From an uncultured Planctomycetaceae bacterium (lineage in GTDB: Bacteria > Planctomycetota > Planctomycetia > Planctomycetales > Planctomycetaceae), in assembly GCA_963813715.1 (NCBI GenBank), contig CAWFAK010000018.1, positions 35,526-99,525 on the forward strand: a DNA stretch of 64,000 bases. Reading direction: 5' to 3'. The notes below the pieces were generated by a model that was given only the letters and a program-made list of their open reading frames with translations, was not told the origin of the DNA and made no database searches. The position numbers were made by a program, and so were the translations under genes. Shown one piece after another: positions 62,165 through 64,000 of the stretch; within the stretch, counting starts at the first letter, position 1, and each line of letters starts with the position of its first letter.

Positions 62165-62455
62165 CCCTTCGCGGCGAGGCACCAAAACCCGAGCTCCGGG
62201 TGCAAAGTGTCGACTCTGGTGGGCTGCGAGTGTCGGGCTTTCCGTTAGTGCGGCAACGCCGCAGTCCCTTGCGATACATCGAGGCAAAGGACAAGACATG
62301 CTCTTCGATGACATAGTTGCTAAGGTTCGGGCCGGCGCTCTGACTGAAATTCCTGGGAAGTACTTGCGGAAAAAACGGGGTATTGCGGTTGAGCCGAAGG
62401 AAATACGAGATGAACGTCGAACCGCGAGAACCCGCCCAGAATTGAGAGCGGAGGA

Positions 62456-62656
62456 TTAAGCCCCTCCGCGTTTTCTTTTTATAGGGGTCTGATTCGCGAC
62501 TCCTATAACATCCTTGCTCGCGCCTGGTACTCCGGTTCCGGTCGTGGGGCCTTGCTTTCCCTTCGCCGTCGCCTTGCTCTTGGTTTGTTTTGCCAATTGT
62601 TTCTTCACGGTCTTCACAATCTTCTTATCAATTGCCTTCCTGATTTCGTCTGCCAT
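62456..62656 (-). CDS. Small Lys-rich protein
   Basis: MADEIRKAIDKKIVKTVKKQLAK with purine-rich RBS. Confidence 0.5.
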   Translation of the reverse strand: MADEIRKAIDKKIVKTVKKQLAKQTKSKATAKGKQGPTTGTGVPGASKDVIGVANQTPIKRKRGGA

Positions 62657-62775
62657 CCTTTTCTCCCGAGGTTTGGTCACGGAACGCGCTCATTAACGCT
62701 CCTGCGCCGATGTAACGCAACGTGGGCGGCAAGTCCGAGCGGGAAGAATGAGACGCGGAACAGAGGAACGAAATG

Positions 62776-63474
62776 TTAAATGCTTTTAGTGCTCGATGCC
62801 TGGGCATTTCGGCCGGACACCATACGTCGCAGTCCGAAGCAGGCAATCCCGCCTGTCAGCAGCATCACAATACTTGACGGTTCCGGCGTGACGCTAAACG
62901 GTCCATCGTACTCAACAAAGTAACCGTAAGCGTTGTTGTTCTGCGTCACCTGAAAACCGGAGTCCTGGTCATTGTTCCATGTGAAGGTCGGCCCGTTTCC
63001 GAAATCACGAGTCCAGTAGTGGACGTACTGCCAAAGCGGGGTTCCTTGAAAGTTCGGCTCTCCCGGAGCCCAATTCGTGTAAGAAACTGGGGCTCCGTTC
63101 ACCCACTGAAAATCGGAAGTCTGAGTGGGGGCCGACAGTCCAATCCAGGCGTATTTGGAATTCGTGGGGCCGACGCCGTTGGCGGCTGGGGCGTTCCCAT
63201 TGTCGAAAAGCTGGCTCGCAAAATTGGCCTGGAGAAAATTGTTGATGTCCGCCGACGTCACTACAGCCAAGTGCCCCTGGACGCCCATGTAAGTCGAAGC
63301 GTTGGCCGCGGCGTTCGCTGCCGTCCACGAAAAACTGTTCGCAGACGAGGTCGGCATAACTAAGTCGTAGTAGTCACCGTTTCCACTGTCCAGAATCGGT
63401 GTTGCGTCTGCACGCTTCGCGGAAACGAAACACAATGACAGTGCCATGCCGCAAAAAATCGCCGACTGTCTCAT
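62776..63474 (-). CDS. PEP-CTERM surface protein with C-type lectin-like domain
   Basis: Signal peptide; FSWTAANAAA...GHLAVVTS...AWIGLS...FQWVNG...YTNWAPGEPN...WND...GYFVEY; C-terminal TPEPSS-TM-RR. Confidence 0.9.
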   Translation of the reverse strand: MRQSAIFCGMALSLCFVSAKRADATPILDSGNGDYYDLVMPTSSANSFSWTAANAAANASTYMGVQGHLAVVTSADINNFLQANFASQLFDNGNAPAANGVGPTNSKYAWIGLSAPTQTSDFQWVNGAPVSYTNWAPGEPNFQGTPLWQYVHYWTRDFGNGPTFTWNNDQDSGFQVTQNNNAYGYFVEYDGPFSVTPEPSSIVMLLTGGIACFGLRRMVSGRNAQASSTKSI

Positions 63475-63808
63475 TGCGCGGCTCTCCTCTTCGCATTGCC
63501 CTCTGGCCTGGAAGCGCCATTTGAGCTCCAGTACCAACGAAATGCAACACTTTTTGTCGGCTGGGCGACGAGATTGGACGAGAAAACGATAGTTATGGAT
63601 AGTTCAGAATAGTGACTAAATTCACCAAATACCTATTTTTATAGGCCGACGGGCGGTTTTCCGCCAGCAGTGTCCGCGAAAAAATGCCGACTACCGAAAG
63701 AAATCCTCAGTCTCACACTGGCCGCTCGCTGTCGGGGGCCAACAGCATTGATTTCAGCAGGAAAACCCGTCAGCCGGAACGGCCGAAGGATTCTAGGATT
63801 GTACGCAC

Positions 63809-64000
63809 CCGGTGGGTCAAGTCTGTAAGAAGCTATAGACCGTCCGTCGATTTTCGATCGGATTTCATCAGTCCGCGAGGGAAGCTCTGGCCGCTTTCGT
63901 CGTCCCTCCGCAGCGTTGGCACTCCAAAAAACAAAAAAACCAGACTGAGCAGGTGCCCTGTCTGGTTCCAAAATTTCGCGGTGTGCCGGCTCGTTACGGA
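63809..64000 (+). repeat. Direct repeat copy 2 (runs off window end; probable start of a second related element)
   Basis: Near-identical to 54190-54377, including the terminator and the recombinase stop codon. Confidence 0.93.

Larger units (their letters stand above)
54190..63808. mobile_element. Integrated 9,619 bp serine-recombinase element (satellite/plasmid-like island)
   Basis: Visibly lower GC and sparser coding than the flanks; bounded by a ~190 bp direct repeat; recombinase at one end; Rep-like gene with iterons. Confidence 0.85.

Overview
High-GC bacterial chromosome segment, most likely a planctomycete (DUF1501 protein, groEL-groES-groEL-dnaJ-grpE order, DUF58/transglutaminase pair, PEP-CTERM protein). 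Many conserved genes are split by single-base indels, probably long-read errors. From 1 to 54 kb it is mostly core genome: a chaperone operon, an MMPL transporter and gpmI; a large flagellar cluster (flgN-bEBP-flgBC-fliEFGHIJ-motE-fliK-flgD // flgE-flbD-motAB); a peptide ABC transporter; and panB, trxB, an M24 peptidase, bioF, a hydrolase and pckG. The flagellar cluster is interrupted by a lipoprotein gene and a 1,170 bp DDE IS flanked by an exact 77 bp duplication whose ends fall symmetrically in REP-like hairpins. The main finding is a lower-GC 9,619 bp element at 54190-63808, bounded by a ~190 bp imperfect direct repeat. It encodes an IS607-TnpA-like serine recombinase with extra C-terminal domains and no TnpB. 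It also carries a wHTH replication-initiator-like gene next to three 23 bp iterons, a six-hairpin non-coding block, a 55 bp palindromic divergent control region and a C-type lectin PEP-CTERM cargo gene. A related second unit appears to start in tandem at 63809. The shared core resembles the 3' end of RNase P RNA (inference).
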